Part shown: in pieces, positions 11,900-25,116 of the stretch
How the letters are laid out: every line of letters starts with the position of its first letter
Position numbering within the stretch: the first letter of the stretch is position 1
DNA from: Takakia lepidozioides
Lineage: Eukaryota > Plantae > Bryophyta
Assembly: GCA_030704615.1 (NCBI GenBank)
Contig: CM060731.1
Coordinates: 27,714,001 to 27,778,000 of the forward strand
Reading direction: 5' to 3'
DNA length: 64,000 nt
The notes under the pieces: generated by a model
Databases searched by the model: none
Told to the model about the DNA's origin: nothing
What the model saw: only the letters and a program-made list of their open reading frames with translations
Translations under genes and position numbers: made by a program

Positions 11900-14800
11900 C
11901 TGCAAGAAATCGGAATTTTGCTTGTCCAGTAGCAAGTTACAGAAACAGAGCTCCAACAAGAGCCATGTAAGACTGCTTGCAATAGCTACTACACACTACA
12001 GTGCCAGGTTTGGTCATTCATTCAATAGGAGCCATGTACCTCACTTTTGTACAACTAGTCAGTGCCTACTTGGTGCGCAGCATGCCTGACAGGTCTCTTG
12101 TACATTGGTGATATGAGGGAGGCCTGCAGATGTAAACCTGGCATAGTTCCTCTTTACAACTGCAACTTCCACAAGGAATGAGGGTAGGATGTAATCATAG
12201 ATGAGTAGCTAAAGAGGGTCTAATAGATCTACAGACTTCCAGTCAGTGGCTGGAGGAAACGATAAACAGATGGTGTTGGAAGGTTTGTATGAACTCCTTC
12301 GATCAGCTCAAGCTGTTCCACTCTTTCATCCTCCTCTCTTAAAGCTTGAGCTAATCTTTCTGCCCCAATCCTCCCACTGCAGAGGGGATTGGGACACAAG
12401 TAGTTCCATCGGCTCTCAATGCTCAAGAAAAGAAGCATCACTTCCCGAACCACTTCCTGAGCCCCCGGAACCCCCCAAGAACCCCCCGGATCGGCTCTCC
12501 ATCGCTATCACAGTGTAAGCCTTCCCAGTACATCGCGTGCAAATCTTCTTGGGGAGGATCAGCATAGGTAACTTGTACTCTCGTAGAGGCCTGTATCCTG
12601 TACGTCGGCTGGTGGGGAGTGCCCAAACTGGGCACAAAGCGACGCCCGGCCGTGATGGTCCAAGCAACAGGACTCCAATTTTGGTCGGTCCATCCGACAT
12701 CGTATTGCAAAACAACGCACAAGTGGCGTCGTTAGTACGTTCTTTGGCAGAGTTTGTTGCAACTACATCAATCAGTGGAAGAAGGATCGTTTATAAATGG
12801 TGGAGACATAATTCCCACAAGATACTCATGGTTCACAATGAGGGCCATCATTCCACGGAAAACTCTGTGAGACTAGGATACTAGAGAGCCAAAACTGGCG
12901 GGGTGAGGGGAATGTAAGAAGAGGTAGAAAGATAGATGGATGGTAGACCACTTCTAAACTTAGGTGGAACAACGACTGGATATTTAGCTGCATGCACTAA
13001 CAAGCCTAAAACGGTGATGGGCTCTCTTGCTTTGGCAAAATACAAGAGGAAGGTGAGAGTAAGGGGCATGACTCAGCACAACACACCAATCGGAGCCTTG
13101 ACACGGTGTAAGGTCCTTTGACCACATTTTCTCCCTTGACTTGAACATGTTGCAAAGTCTCTCTCTCCATGAGAGCCAATAAAGTTTAGAGGTGATGGAT
13201 TAGTGAAATTTAATGTTATTATATATATATATATATAACTTTTGACTTTTTTTTAAACATTTTATTGTTAGTTTTTTTAGAGAACAGAGAGGAAGCCAAG
13301 AGAGGAAGCCCTTCAAAGCTTTATTAAAATTATTGAAGGGAAAGAAACCCTTACAGGCCCCGTAGGCCACCATGATGACCAACTCAGAGTGAACCACAGT
13401 GACAAATAATATAAAGAGCAATAATGCTAGACCAATGAGACTCTAGGTGACGCAAGTAACGGGCCCTAGACACAGAGCATGACATGGCGACAAGTGAACA
13501 GTAACACGCCAAAGAGGTTGTAGAAATGAAATGAAATGGTGCTTTATAACGTCCGCAAAAAGCTCATAGAGCTTATGGGACAAAATGGAAGAAAACATGA
13601 GAGAGGAAACAAAACCAGAGCCAGAGATAAAAATTATTGTTGTCTAAGCGTAAGTGCCTCATGCAGGTAAGCTGCCAAGCATATCTGATCTTCATAGTTG
13701 AAGACGTCAGTGAGAGATTGGGTTCCATGGAATAGATAGTGGAATCTCCAACGGATCTCATAGTACAGAGGGCAATAGAAGAAGACGTGATCTTCAGTTT
13801 CAATTTTCTGGTTGTGCCCTGTGCAAGCTGGACATAGGTGGTCCTCCCGCTGCAGGTTTTCCCATCTGCAGGTCTCTATCCGTAGGTTGTGGGAGCCCAA
13901 AGAATGCCACAATGACTTTCCAAAGGGCCATGAACATCATACTTCATGATGAGTTGAAGGCTTTTGCAAAAGTCTTCGAAAGGTAATTGGGCCGCAAGAT
14001 TCAATCATCTCGGAGAACCAAAAATGTTTCTCGATAGAAATGGAGCTTTGTCGTGAGATTGGGTAGCTTCCAAGTTCTCCTGACACGTAGTTCCATAAGC
14101 TCCATTATAATGAGTCTGTTGCAGTCTTGCTTGGATGTGATGTCCACCCCTTCAGGATTCATTGGTAATAGTGAAGCAATAGAGTCCATTGCATTCAAAA
14201 AAAGTATCCACTCGAGTATACCAAGATTGTTTGAAACCTACGTTTTTGAGTCTAATAGATGTTGTGAGGGCTCTGGCCACGAGCCGCTTGGGGGGCTTGT
14301 AACCTATGCAGAAAAATTGTAAGCTGGAAGAGGGCCTTAGTTTGCAGTGGCACGCATATGAACTCTGCACCTAGGATGTGAGATGGAGTTGTGCCCCTGG
14401 CGCCAAGCATTGCTTGGAGAAAAGATGACTACAATGGTTCCAGATTATTTTCCCACCAGGAAACTGGGACACTGGCAGCTCCCCAAAATTCACAACCATA
14501 AGTGACATTTAGCTGTCTGTCGTGCACCTAAGCATCGTGCCACAACATACATCTAGCACACAATCCTAGAAAGCTATACCACAATGATAAGAGATGAGAA
14601 ATGAGAGAAGTAGAAGACAATGAAAGCTCTCAAAGCATAAAGCAATCACATGAAGAACAAGCCCTAGTCCTTCCAAGTGAAATCCACTCTATCACATAAA
14701 CTAAGTCAAAGCCAAGGGCACCTTTGCTAAAGGAATCCACCCTACAAAGCCCTCAACACACTCCCTCTCAATACCTAGAGCTATGGAGGTGAGAGAAGCT

Positions 14801-15350
14801 CATGGAGGCTCAACTACAAGAAGATGAGCCTCCTCAACACTCACAAGGGGAAAACCTATCTCCATGTCTCAAGTGAGGCTTGACACCTCACTTGGCATGT
14901 GAAACCAAATGAAGTCCCAACACACAAAATATAAATATAAATATCTAAAATGTCCTAGTTAACTAGAAGTAGGTAATTCTAGATAACCATGACTAAAACC
15001 ATGACAGCTGCCGTGCACCTAAGCATCGTGCCACAACACACATCGCTGTCCACCACACAATCTAAACACACAATCCTAGAAAGCTATACCACAATCGCCC
15101 CCCTAGCTGGTGGTTAGGTCCCTCTAACTCCAGATAGCTACAAGATGTAATAGCCACAGCCGTACTAAGTCATCTATCACTGTTCCTATTGTACTCAAAC
15201 TCTATAGACCAAGAGGCCGGGTACAAGAGCAACCCCATCGTTAGTTGTCGTCTTGCAATCTGTGAACTTGAGTCAGGATCTCGTGTGTTGGTCTCCTAGT
15301 AGCTTGGCCTTGCATTTCTTGTTAGCCTTCCATGGTTGTATCCACTCCCA

Positions 15351-15500
15351 CTATCCAATGCAATGCGGACATAACCAATCCCCATCAGGAACCATCTCAA
15401 GAGGTGGAGTCAAGCATCCCATATGCCAACCTCTAGAGCATTGATCACACACCAGCATGGTGGCTGCCCCTCTAGCAGACCCACACAACATGCACCTCAA
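15351..15500 (-). other. PHD finger (C4HC3) at the integrase C-terminus, copy 1
   Basis: CMLCGSARGAATMLVCDQCSRGWHMGCLTPPLEMVPDGDWLCPHC. The same domain is in copies 2 (27126-27280) and 3 (~63300-63445), each followed by the same TAG. Confidence 0.92.
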
Positions 15501-18500
15501 ACTTGCAGGTACCACTGCCAGGTTTGGGTCAACCCTTCCATCAACATTTGGAAGGTGACATGGCGCGCAATTACGCACATGGTCCTTCCAAATCATGCCA
15601 TCCCGACCCTCTAAGATCAAGACTCATGAGGGCAACACCTCTCGAACCCTCAAAATAGTACGTCATGCAGTCGCATCCAAGGTCGTAAGAGCAGTCTGCT
15701 GCAGATAAACATAGTCACCAAGGTTGAATCTCCGAACCCCAGGACGATAGCCCCCACCACGTATGGTAGCATACCTCAACGTATCACGATGTTGTACAAT
15801 GGCAAGGTTCTCGAAAGCCATGGGCATGACTTTCTTGAACAACTCTGCACACTGCTCACATGCACGTGCCCACACGTCCGGATCGTCAAGGTTAAGAACT
15901 GTAGCAGCTTCTCTGCGAATGGATGTAGGCAAATCTGGCTCTCGGCCAAAGAGAAGAAAGTATGGTGAGAAGGAGGCAAGTGATGCTTAACCTGTAGCCC
16001 ATGGCTAACCAGGGTAACTGAAGGTCCCAATCTCCTAGGTGTCCCTTCTGCAAGCCATACTTCAAACCCCTCTTTACTGTCTGAACAACTCTCTCTGCCA
16101 AGCCATCAGCCTCAGGATGATCCCGAGAAGTGGTGCGGTGGTCTATCAAGGCCTTGTCACACAAAGCCTGAAACTCCCACAAGAACTCTCTCCCTTGGTC
16201 CGTGAGTACCTCAGCTGGAGCACCGAATCGGCTAAGCACACAATCCAAGAATGCATACGCAGCTCCCTCACTAGCCTTATCAGGCAATGGAACCAATTCA
16301 ATCCACTTGGAGAAGTGCTCCACCATCACCAACACGTACTTGTTGTGGCGCATGGTCAGTGGCAACGGCCCTGCGAAGTCAAGATTCCACCTGTAGCCCA
16401 ATCCCATGATCGGAAGAGGGTGCAATTGTGGAGTAGGGGCGTTGAATGAAGCACGCACCCTGTCACACACCATGCACCTAGCCACAAATTGTTGCACCTC
16501 TGTGTGCATACCACGCCACCAATACTGCCCCTGCAGTAAACTATGAGTGCGTTGCACCCCAAAATGCCCCAACTCCTCATGGGCATGCCGCACTAACCGT
16601 GCCCGCTATGTTGGGTGAGGCACAATCCTCACTCAACCATCCTCCCATACTCAGAGCAGGTGTGTCCCCTCCCACTTGAACCTCTTGGCTCGTTGTAGGA
16701 TCCGATCCCTCTCATTGGCAGTCACAGTGGCTGCAGTGTCTCCAGTGCAGAGGTAGTCCAACACAACTGAATCCTCATGTATATCTTTGGCACCACCTTG
16801 CTCATTAATGGCCTCAGGGTCCTCAGACACTTGATCTACAGTCATCCCTGTTGCAGGTCCAACCTGGCCTTCCGCTGCCAAGATACACAGAAATGCAGAT
16901 GCATGCCATCCGGGCACCATCTCCTCGTCCGTCTCACCATGCCACCGAGCTCCAGTGTCATCCTGCTGGCTCGTGCATGGATTGCGACTCAACCCATCTG
17001 CATTGCAATTGACCAAACCCGGTCGATGCACCACCTGAAAGTCATACTCTTGAAGGATGAGTGCCCACCGTGCAAGCTTCCCCGTAAGCTTGTCTGACTC
17101 CATCAACCACTTGAGTGGTTGGTGATCTGTGACAAGGGTGAAGAGATTGCCGTATAGATAGCACCCGAAGTGTGCCACGGCCCACACTGCAGCTAAGCAT
17201 TCTCCCTCATATGAGCTATACTTAGACTCTACAACGTTGTTCGAGCGGCTAGCATAAGCCACTACGAACTCTCTTCCCTCATCATCCACCTGTGTGAGCA
17301 CCGCTCCAAGCCCCAGCATGCTCCAATCTGTATGCAACTGAAAAGGACGCCCCCTGATAGGTCGTCTCAAGATGGGCGCCGAGGTCAACCTCGCCTTGAG
17401 CTCTTGAAAAGCATGTTCTTGCTCATCTTCCCACTGCCACTCCTGGTCCACCTTGGTCAGCTTGGTTAGAGCCTTTGCAATGGCACTAAATCCCTTAACA
17501 AACCGTCTATAATAGTTTGCTAACCCCATGAAAGCTCAAACTCGGCTCACATCCGTGGGGCGTGGAACCTGTGCAATGGACTCTACCTTAGTCTGCTGTA
17601 CCTCTAATCCTCCAGGATATATCATGTGACCCAGATACTCAATCTGGTTGTGGAAAAACTTGCACTTTCCCGGATGTAACTTCAATCCGTGCGCCCTCAA
17701 GCGCTCAAATACCCCCTGAAGGTGTCTCTCATGCTTTTCCACCGTAGCACTAAAGATGATGATGTCATCTATGTAGCACCGAGCAAACTCCACCCCTGCT
17801 AGAATCTTGTCCATGACTCTCTGAAACTCTGCCGGAGCGTTCTTAAGCCCAAATGGTAAGAACCGCCACTGATATAGGCAATCCTTCCCGTGCTCATTGA
17901 TCCCCCAGAATGTCGTCTTTTGCTTATCCGCCTCATTGATCGGCAACTGGTGATATCCGGATCGTAAATCCAACGTGCTAAAGACCTTGGCATGCCCAAT
18001 GGCATCAAAGATCTCTTCTGGTGTTGGCATGGCATACCTATCGGACTTGGTCTGACGATTTACAGGCCGGTAATCACCGCACATACGTCTCTCCGTCCAA
18101 TTGCCAAAGACATCCTTCTTGTCTGGCATCACTGTGGCTGAAGCATACTCTCCCCCAGATAGCTCCACCAAACCAGCCTCCCAAAGGTCTTGAGTTCTCA
18201 TCTGAATCAAGGACCTCTCCATGTCACTGTATCTATAGGGTCTCTGAAAGATTGGCGTGTCAGTAGCCAATTCAATGCGAATCTCTTGACCCTTCAGTGC
18301 TCCTAAGTCCTTCAAACTGAAAGCAAAGCAGTTCCTGTAAGCCCTCAAGAACCGCCGTATACGTCGTCTCTCTCCTCCGGTGACTATAGGTCCAACATCA
18401 GGCTCCCAGTTATCCTCCGTGATTGCAACCTTGAGTCCAGCAGGCTTAGAGGTAGAAGACGCGTCCCGTGGTTGCTATGCTGCAACCTCTTGAGCAATGA

Positions 18501-18769
18501 CCACTGCCTCCTCTGTCAGTGACAATGTCTCATCCTGCCCCATCATCCCATCCTTGAGGACCTCCTCAATCCGAGAAAAATCCCCAACCTGATCCATCAT
18601 CGCCGCCTTGGCTACCAACTCCTTCTGAACCTCGAGCACCTCCCACGTGTGCCATGGATGCGGCCTGCACCTCGTGGTCCTCACCTACTCACCCCCACTC
18701 GCTGCCTATACCATCTTGGTAGGCAGGGAGACCATGAAGGGAAGTGTACTCCGTACTCTGCGCTACTCA

Positions 18770-19735
18770 GCCATAGCCAAACTGATAATCCAGGTCAAGC
18801 AATTGAGATCCATTGCTTGCCCCAACACCTGACGACGTGATGCCTCAGAAAGAGATGGCACCGTCGTGGTACTTGTGGTAAAACCCATTGCCCGCTCGCG
18901 CTCGTCAGCATTGGGCTCCACTAATTGTTGCAACTGGCTATCCCACAAGATGCCAAGTCCACCATCCCGAAAAGCATGGGATCCTGGGAAGCTGAGCAGT
19001 GTAGGTAATGTTGCTCGTGGTTGACCCACCCTGTTGACCACTGCCAAAGGCGAACGGTCATCGTGTCTCACACGTTGAGACTGCCTCCCTGTGTCCAAAA
19101 TGCTATCCACTGTGAGGTGTGCTGGCCGCTGCACCCCATCAAATGCACGCTTGAGCAGTGCGGGTGGCATCAAGTTAGTCCACCATAGCCGTGGACGATG
19201 AGCCCATGACCCCACTGCAGCTGCATCCAGCAACACTGTTGACCCAAGCCACGACCGGACTTGATGCACACTGGCCATCACCTTGGCCCGAGAATCACCC
19301 ATCAGTGGCACATTCTCCAAGATGTATGCTGGAGATACAGCTTGATGAAGCTGCAAGTGGCGCAAAATCCGCATCATCTCCCAAAACAGACCCGTCCTCG
19401 AGTCTGCAATCCATTGCCATGCCCGGCTGATGAATGCCCTTGGCAGGGCCAATCTGCCACTACCAGATCGATAGAGCCAACCCGCTCCAAATCCTGCGCC
19501 CCCAGCAACGAAATGTCTGCTGGCAAGGCTTGTTGGTATCCACGAACTGCAGACACTGGCAACAAATCAGGGTACTGCTGTACCAACTGAGCAACATAGC
19601 GCAGTGAGACGCGTCGTGCAATCTCATCCCTCTTCACATACAGGTAACGTCAAACTCGTACACCTGCCTGTAGTACTGCAGCCAATCCAGTGCTGATCCC
19701 GCCAAACAAGTCCAGAAGGCATATGCCTTCATCCG
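18770..19735 (-). pseudogene. DNMT3-like cytosine-5 DNA methyltransferase domain within Pol of copy 1 (one stop at 19650, one frameshift near 19405)
   Basis: Motifs in canonical, non-permuted order: I LDLFGGI, IV IDLVVADWPCQG, VI YILENV, VIII AHRPRLWWTNL, IX ERERAMGF, X LGQAMD. Confidence 0.88.
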
Positions 19736-22700
19736 GGCACTGCCACACAAGAGGTGTGGTGTCCAATGGCGACAACTGAGGTGGTCCTGGTGCAATCACC
19801 GCACTCTCCTCTTCTCCTGACGGTACGAAGGCCTCTACCCAGGCTTGTTGTACCCGTCCATCAGCAGCCTGCTGCAAATCCTTGCTCGTACCCCATAATC
19901 GAGTGTGAGCAACCATGGTAGGCAACTCCGCCGTACCATGCATGTCATCCTGCTCTGCTGGAGGTGGCACATCCTTTACATGGGCATTGCCGTCGAGCAA
20001 CTCTCCAGGCCAACTAACTGCAGCTGTAAAGGCGGCTAGTGTTGGCATCTTGCCCCGCTGGGCAGCCGCAATACCCCCAATGAATGTCACAGGGAGCTGT
20101 GCACGACGACCATCCCCTGACTGCCATCCAGGCCTGTAGGATGCTGACTCCTCCCAAAAGTCCAGGGTGAAGCCCATGGGATATAACACTGCCCCACCAA
20201 CAAGGACATCGTAAGAGACCGCGTCTGTCACAATGGCCTTGGCTCGCATCACTGAGCCATCTACAGGATGATCTGGTTGTAGTCCAATGGCCAACTCACG
20301 CCGTGTCATGCCCCGAGCCTGCTCTGATCCTCCTAGAGATGTATGTATCTGGAAAGGACAAGGCTCCATATCCGCCTCCATGAGGCCCAAACCTGCAATA
20401 GCAGCTCTGCCCAACATCAGTGGCTGAGCTCCTGAGTCCAACAAGACCCGCAGTGGCCGGTACTTCTTGCCTGGCGGTCCACTCAAAGTGAAAATGCCTC
20501 TCTGGTTGTCTAACAAGACAACTCTAGGTGTCACCATGGCGCGCTCAAAGGCTGGCCTAGCTGGCAGCTCCGTCAACTTGGCAGCTGCAGCTTGCCATGG
20601 CGCAGCCGTGGCAGTCTTGACCCTCAAATCCGAGGATCCCTCTGCCACTACACCTTCCAGTAACTCCGCAGAAGATGAAGTGACCTCCCCTCTCTTGCAG
20701 AGTGTTGCTGCTAGTCTGAACACTGCAACTGGTCTTACCCCCGGCGTCGCAATCATGGTTGCCGAGAACAGTGGGGCTTGACACACAGAGGTGGCTGCCC
20801 CCAATAACACACCGGCTGCACTAGCCTTGGTAGCAGGTGTCAGTGCTGCACGTGTAGCTCTCCCCAATGGCATAATAACCTCCACCTCGGTAACAGTCGG
20901 GCGAGAACTAGGTGCCATGGATGGCGTCGACACTGTCTCCGCTAATGTGAATGACTGAGGAAGCCTCGCCTGACGGCTTGCCTCCCCACGCTGTGGATCC
21001 AATTCCACCTCTGCACCTCGTGGCTCAGGAACTCGTGCTGCTCCTCGAGTCACGGCTGCAGCAGACTCCACCTGCACTAGTGGTAGTGCTGCTCCGCACA
21101 TGAATCCCATGCCTCCCATATCTCCTCCCTCAGGAGCAGGAGGTAGACCATCCCGCCTGGGAACCGGTACCACCTGAGCTGTAGCCATGGCAGCGAGCCT
21201 CTGCTCTAGCTGCTGAAGCCGGTTGGCCATGTCTTGGTCAACACCCTGACCTCCGCGTCCTTGGCCATGTTGAGCTTGCCCTTGGCCTGCACCTCGTGCC
21301 CGACCACCTCGTCCTCTCTGGGCTGCTCCACCTCGCCCCCGGCCACCATTGTTCCCTTGGAACTGGCCTGGGCGCAACTCAGGGTGCAAGTCATAACACT
21401 GGGCATCTCCATGCCCATACTTACCACAATGCCCACACTGCAACTGTGCAGGCTGTGCTTGTGCCGGCCTTCTGCCACTCTCTGGGCATTCTCTCTTGAC
21501 ATGGGGTCCTCCACATGTCCAACATATCACCCCTGGTTGTTGTTGGCCTACAAAAGATGCCACGGGCCTCTGCACCTGAGGTCCCCTGTAAGCTCCATGG
21601 AACTTGGGTTGGGCAACCTTGCCTCCCTGACCACGCTGTTGGGCAGTCCCTTGTACCTGTTGGCTGGCAGCTACACCTCGTGCAGGCATGTCCTTGCCAA
21701 ATCCAATGGTAACAACTCGCTCCTCCAGCATGTTGAGCTCAATCCGCTCAGCCAGCAGAAACACATCCGCTAATGTGGGTTGGGCCGCTTGTAACAGGGT
21801 TGCATCCCGCACCCTTCTCTTGAGCTCCTTGTCCAAAATTCCATACCAGAACTGGACTGCCTGAGCTTCAGTAACCCCTTGGGTCACACTTATCAAGCGC
21901 CTCATACGAGTGTAGGCCTCTCGCAAGCTCTCACTGGATTTGCGCTAGAAGTCTTGCAAACTTCGCAGCTTCTCTGTCCGTACACCTTGGTAGTTCCTCG
22001 CAACTCCTGGAAGAACTCCACCACCGGGTCGAATCTAGGCACTTGTGTTGTAATTGTGGCAGGAGGAGTAGTAGCACCTTTTGAACTGGTACCACCTGCA
22101 GAAGTGCCGGCACTACTTGTTCTACTACTAGTGCTTGTAGTTGGAGATGTTTGTGTAGCTGCTGGTGTCACCGCTGCCCTTGTGCCTCTAGTGATTGAGA
22201 CATAGTTAGGTGACCAATACTCTCGCCACTCCTCAATCTCCACCGCATGTCCCCGCCTAAATTCATGGTAATCATCCATGGGCGGCCCTTCAAGGTGCTG
22301 GAATAGCCCCTTCCACGCCATAAAGGGCGTAAACAGTTGTGGATTGCGCATTTGCTGCAAATCACACCAACTGTCAAACTCTTGTATAAAGTCATCAAGC
22401 TCGATGGTGCCCACAACTCCAGAGTACCTACGTGGCCCCTTGGTAGCTCCATACATCTCCTCCATCGTGTCCCACAACAATGGCACGAAAATGACTTGCA
22501 CCCTCGGCGAGAATCCTCCTGACTCCGAGTCTGAACCTTCCTCAGAAGACACTGAAAGTGAAAGTGGCCTAAACCGCACACCTTGTCTTGTGTACCCACT
22601 AGTATCGCTGGTGCTTGTACCGGCACTCCCCTCAGCAGCTGGTGGCACCTCCGTGATGAAAACTCACAACCCAACTGGTTGTCAACCTGTCTCTAATCCC

Positions 22701-23410
22701 CACTTTCTACAAGGTAACCGGGTAAAGAACCTGTTGCGGCTACTGGTTCAAGCAAGAATAATAGGTTTCTAATGCAGACCTGTACCTGCACCTGCATCCA
22801 CCGCAAGCACTATTATGGTCTGCTGGTCATCAACCCAGCCTCACCATAGAAGAAACACTGGTGGTCTTGCTGGTCATCACTCCAGCCTCACCACCGACAG
22901 CATACTCTAGGATTGGCCGGTGATCAAATCCGGACCAACCTCCTATGAAAACAAGCGACCACACAAAGCTAACATGGCGCACAGTCAAGCATGCAGGTGT
23001 GGAGGGGATCCAAACACAAGAAAATCAAGACAACAACTCCCCCACACCAAAAACACTCCACAGTGTCGCTCCTGCAAGGACACCCCAGCCCAAACCCGGA
23101 CTGACTCTTGCCTCCACCTACGGAAAGGTTTTGGACTATGGAGAAGAGAAACTAAAGCAATTCCTAACCCCAGAATGCTCTCATCCCACCACTCTCCCTC
23201 CTATCTCTATCCACTCGCATATATGGCCGTGGCAAGTATCCTTCAATATCCCTCAATCAATCCTTCAAGAGCTCTTCAACATTGTCCACCAAAGCTCCTT
23301 GAAGGGTCCTCCAAGGACCCCAAAGATCCTCCAAATACTCCTCCAAGGGCCCTCAAATATCTTCCAAACAATCCTCCAAAGGCCCTTAAATTTCACTAAG
23401 TCCTTTCACT

Positions 23411-23810
23411 GTTGATACCTTAACAGAGGTATAGTCTGAGGTTGCTAGGGTCCCTTATGTTGATGATACCTTTACAGAGGTATAGTCTGAAAATGAGGGT
23501 TCTGTTTGGTATACTAACAGAGGTATAGTCTGAGCTGATTAGGGTCCACATATGGTGATACCTCAACAGAGGTATAGTAAAAGGGACAAGCTCCTGTTTG
23601 GTATACTAACAGAGGTATAGTCTGAGCTGATTAGGGTTCACATATGGTGATACCTCAATAGAGGTATAGTAAAATGGACAAGCTCCTGTTTGGTATACTA
23701 ACAGAGGTATAGTCTCACATTAGGGTTCACATATGGTGATACCTCAACAGAGGTATAGTCAAAGGGACAAGCTCCTATTTGGTATACTAACAGAGGTATA
23801 GTCTGAGCAT
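23411..23810. repeat. Tandem array in the leader of copy 1: nine ACAGAGGTATAGT cores with alternating spacers (~92-bp dimer period)
   Basis: Cores at ~23423, 23474, 23517, 23566, 23609, 23658, 23701, 23747 and 23790. Alternate units contain the inverted repeat ATACCTC-AACA-GAGGTAT. Confidence 0.85.
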
Positions 23811-25102
23811 ACACTACTAGGGTTTGTAATGAAGAGCTAGAATGCAAGTCCTTGACTTCTATGCTTCTACTCAAGCAAAAATATGGTCTGTAGGTGGTCA
23901 TAAGAGGCATCTTCTTGCTCTCTTCCACCCCAATGTGCAACCAAGAATGGTCCAACTCAACTTGCAAGTCATTGTCCACCAAATCAATCCCTCTTCTAGT
24001 CCTTGGGATTTGATTGCAAACTACCATATCTCCATTGCCGAGCAATCATGCATTTGTCTCCTCATCACTTGACAATTGCTCCAAATCAACACAAATTATC
24101 TCAATGTGTAGGAGCAATGCTTGTCACTTACAATAATGCTCCCAAACAATCCGCCTTGGATCCCACTCTCACGCCATGTGCCTCATTTGGGATCTTGCAC
24201 CAATCCATCATCCATGTGCTCCCCGTGGTCATTTGAATGCATGTTTCATGACCTCTTGGCCTATGTGTTGCTCTCCTTCATCATAACATGAATCAACACC
24301 TCTCCACTTCACACACAAATGGATCTCAAAGGCCTTCACCTCTTGCTAGTTCAAGAGCTCCCCTTCTCAAACTTGAACTTACAAACTCAAGCGAGCATGC
24401 TCCACACATGCACCACTTGCTTGGTCAACTATCCACCACAAAGCTCGCACTACCAAGAGCATGAATAGCCAAGTATTGCCTCCCCCTCTTGTCACATTAC
24501 ATAGTTAGGGTGAAGCTATGCATACATTGAATGATGATTTCCCTTCAAGGATTTCCCACCACATGTTCTCCAAGCCCTTCCAATGGCACCCTAAGCTTGG
24601 CTCCACACCACCATGATTGGAAGATTTCTTCACATGCTCCCTTTCAAAACCTCTTGAGCTTCTTAGTGCTCTCCAAGTGCTTGCCCTTGTTGTCTTCAAG
24701 CCCAAGCATATATAGCTCTTTGGCTTCTTTTCCACAACATCCACACTTTGAACTTGCTTAACCCTAGCTTGATAGTGAAATGAGCACTAACAAGCCTTTA
24801 GTCACTCTCCACAAGCCATGGCGCACACCATCGACTCCATAATGCATACAAAGGATTCTCAAACCCTAGAATCCATGCTTCCACACACACAAGACTTCCT
24901 CCTTACAATCCTTGCAAAATCTTGTGACTCAAGAGCTTTCTTCTCAAGCTCTCCAACTCCTTGGTGCATGCAATACTCGAGCACCTTTCCTTGCATCCCC
25001 TTGCAAGCCTTGTGATACAAGAGCTAAATTCTCCTAGCTCTCAACCTCTTTAAAATACAAGTGCAAAACTAATCCTTACACTCCGCAGTCACAAGCATAA
25101 GG

Positions 25103-25116
25103 TCATCTTCTTGTAG
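25103..25116 (-). promoter_or_regulatory. Putative self-priming primer-binding site of copy 1
   Basis: Directly abuts the 5' LTR-B end. Element-strand CTACAAGAAGATGA is exactly complementary to the element-strand sequence of 25345-25358 inside B. No TGG (tRNA CCA) match. Confidence 0.75.

Larger units (their letters stand above)
15351..22648 (-). pseudogene. Disrupted gag-pol of copy 1: Gag with two zinc knuckles, aspartic protease, C5 DNA methyltransferase, RT, RNase H, DDE integrase, PHD finger
   Basis: CWTCGGPHVKREC and CGHCGKYGHGDAQC knuckles; LLDSGA protease; LDLRSGYHQ, PFGLKNAP, YIDD RT; LHTDWS..GECLA..TDHQPL RNase H; H-H-C-C zinc finger, LDFAGP, TDQGREF, DGLAER integrase; several in-frame stops and frameshifts. 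Confidence 0.9.

Noticed and set aside
12190-13500. Short ORFs between the kinesin and the LINE
   Set aside because: No recognisable domain or consistent splicing; possibly old TE debris but unsupported.
14511-14517. Target site AGCTGTC(G) resembling the element's own junction palindrome (AGCTGT also precedes copy 3)
   Set aside because: The register differs between copies and copy 2's site does not match; too few sites to claim sequence-specific targeting.
23411-23810. CRISPR-like repeat/spacer appearance
   Set aside because: Spacers are themselves repeated in an alternating pattern, the context is a eukaryotic retrotransposon leader, and there are no cas genes.
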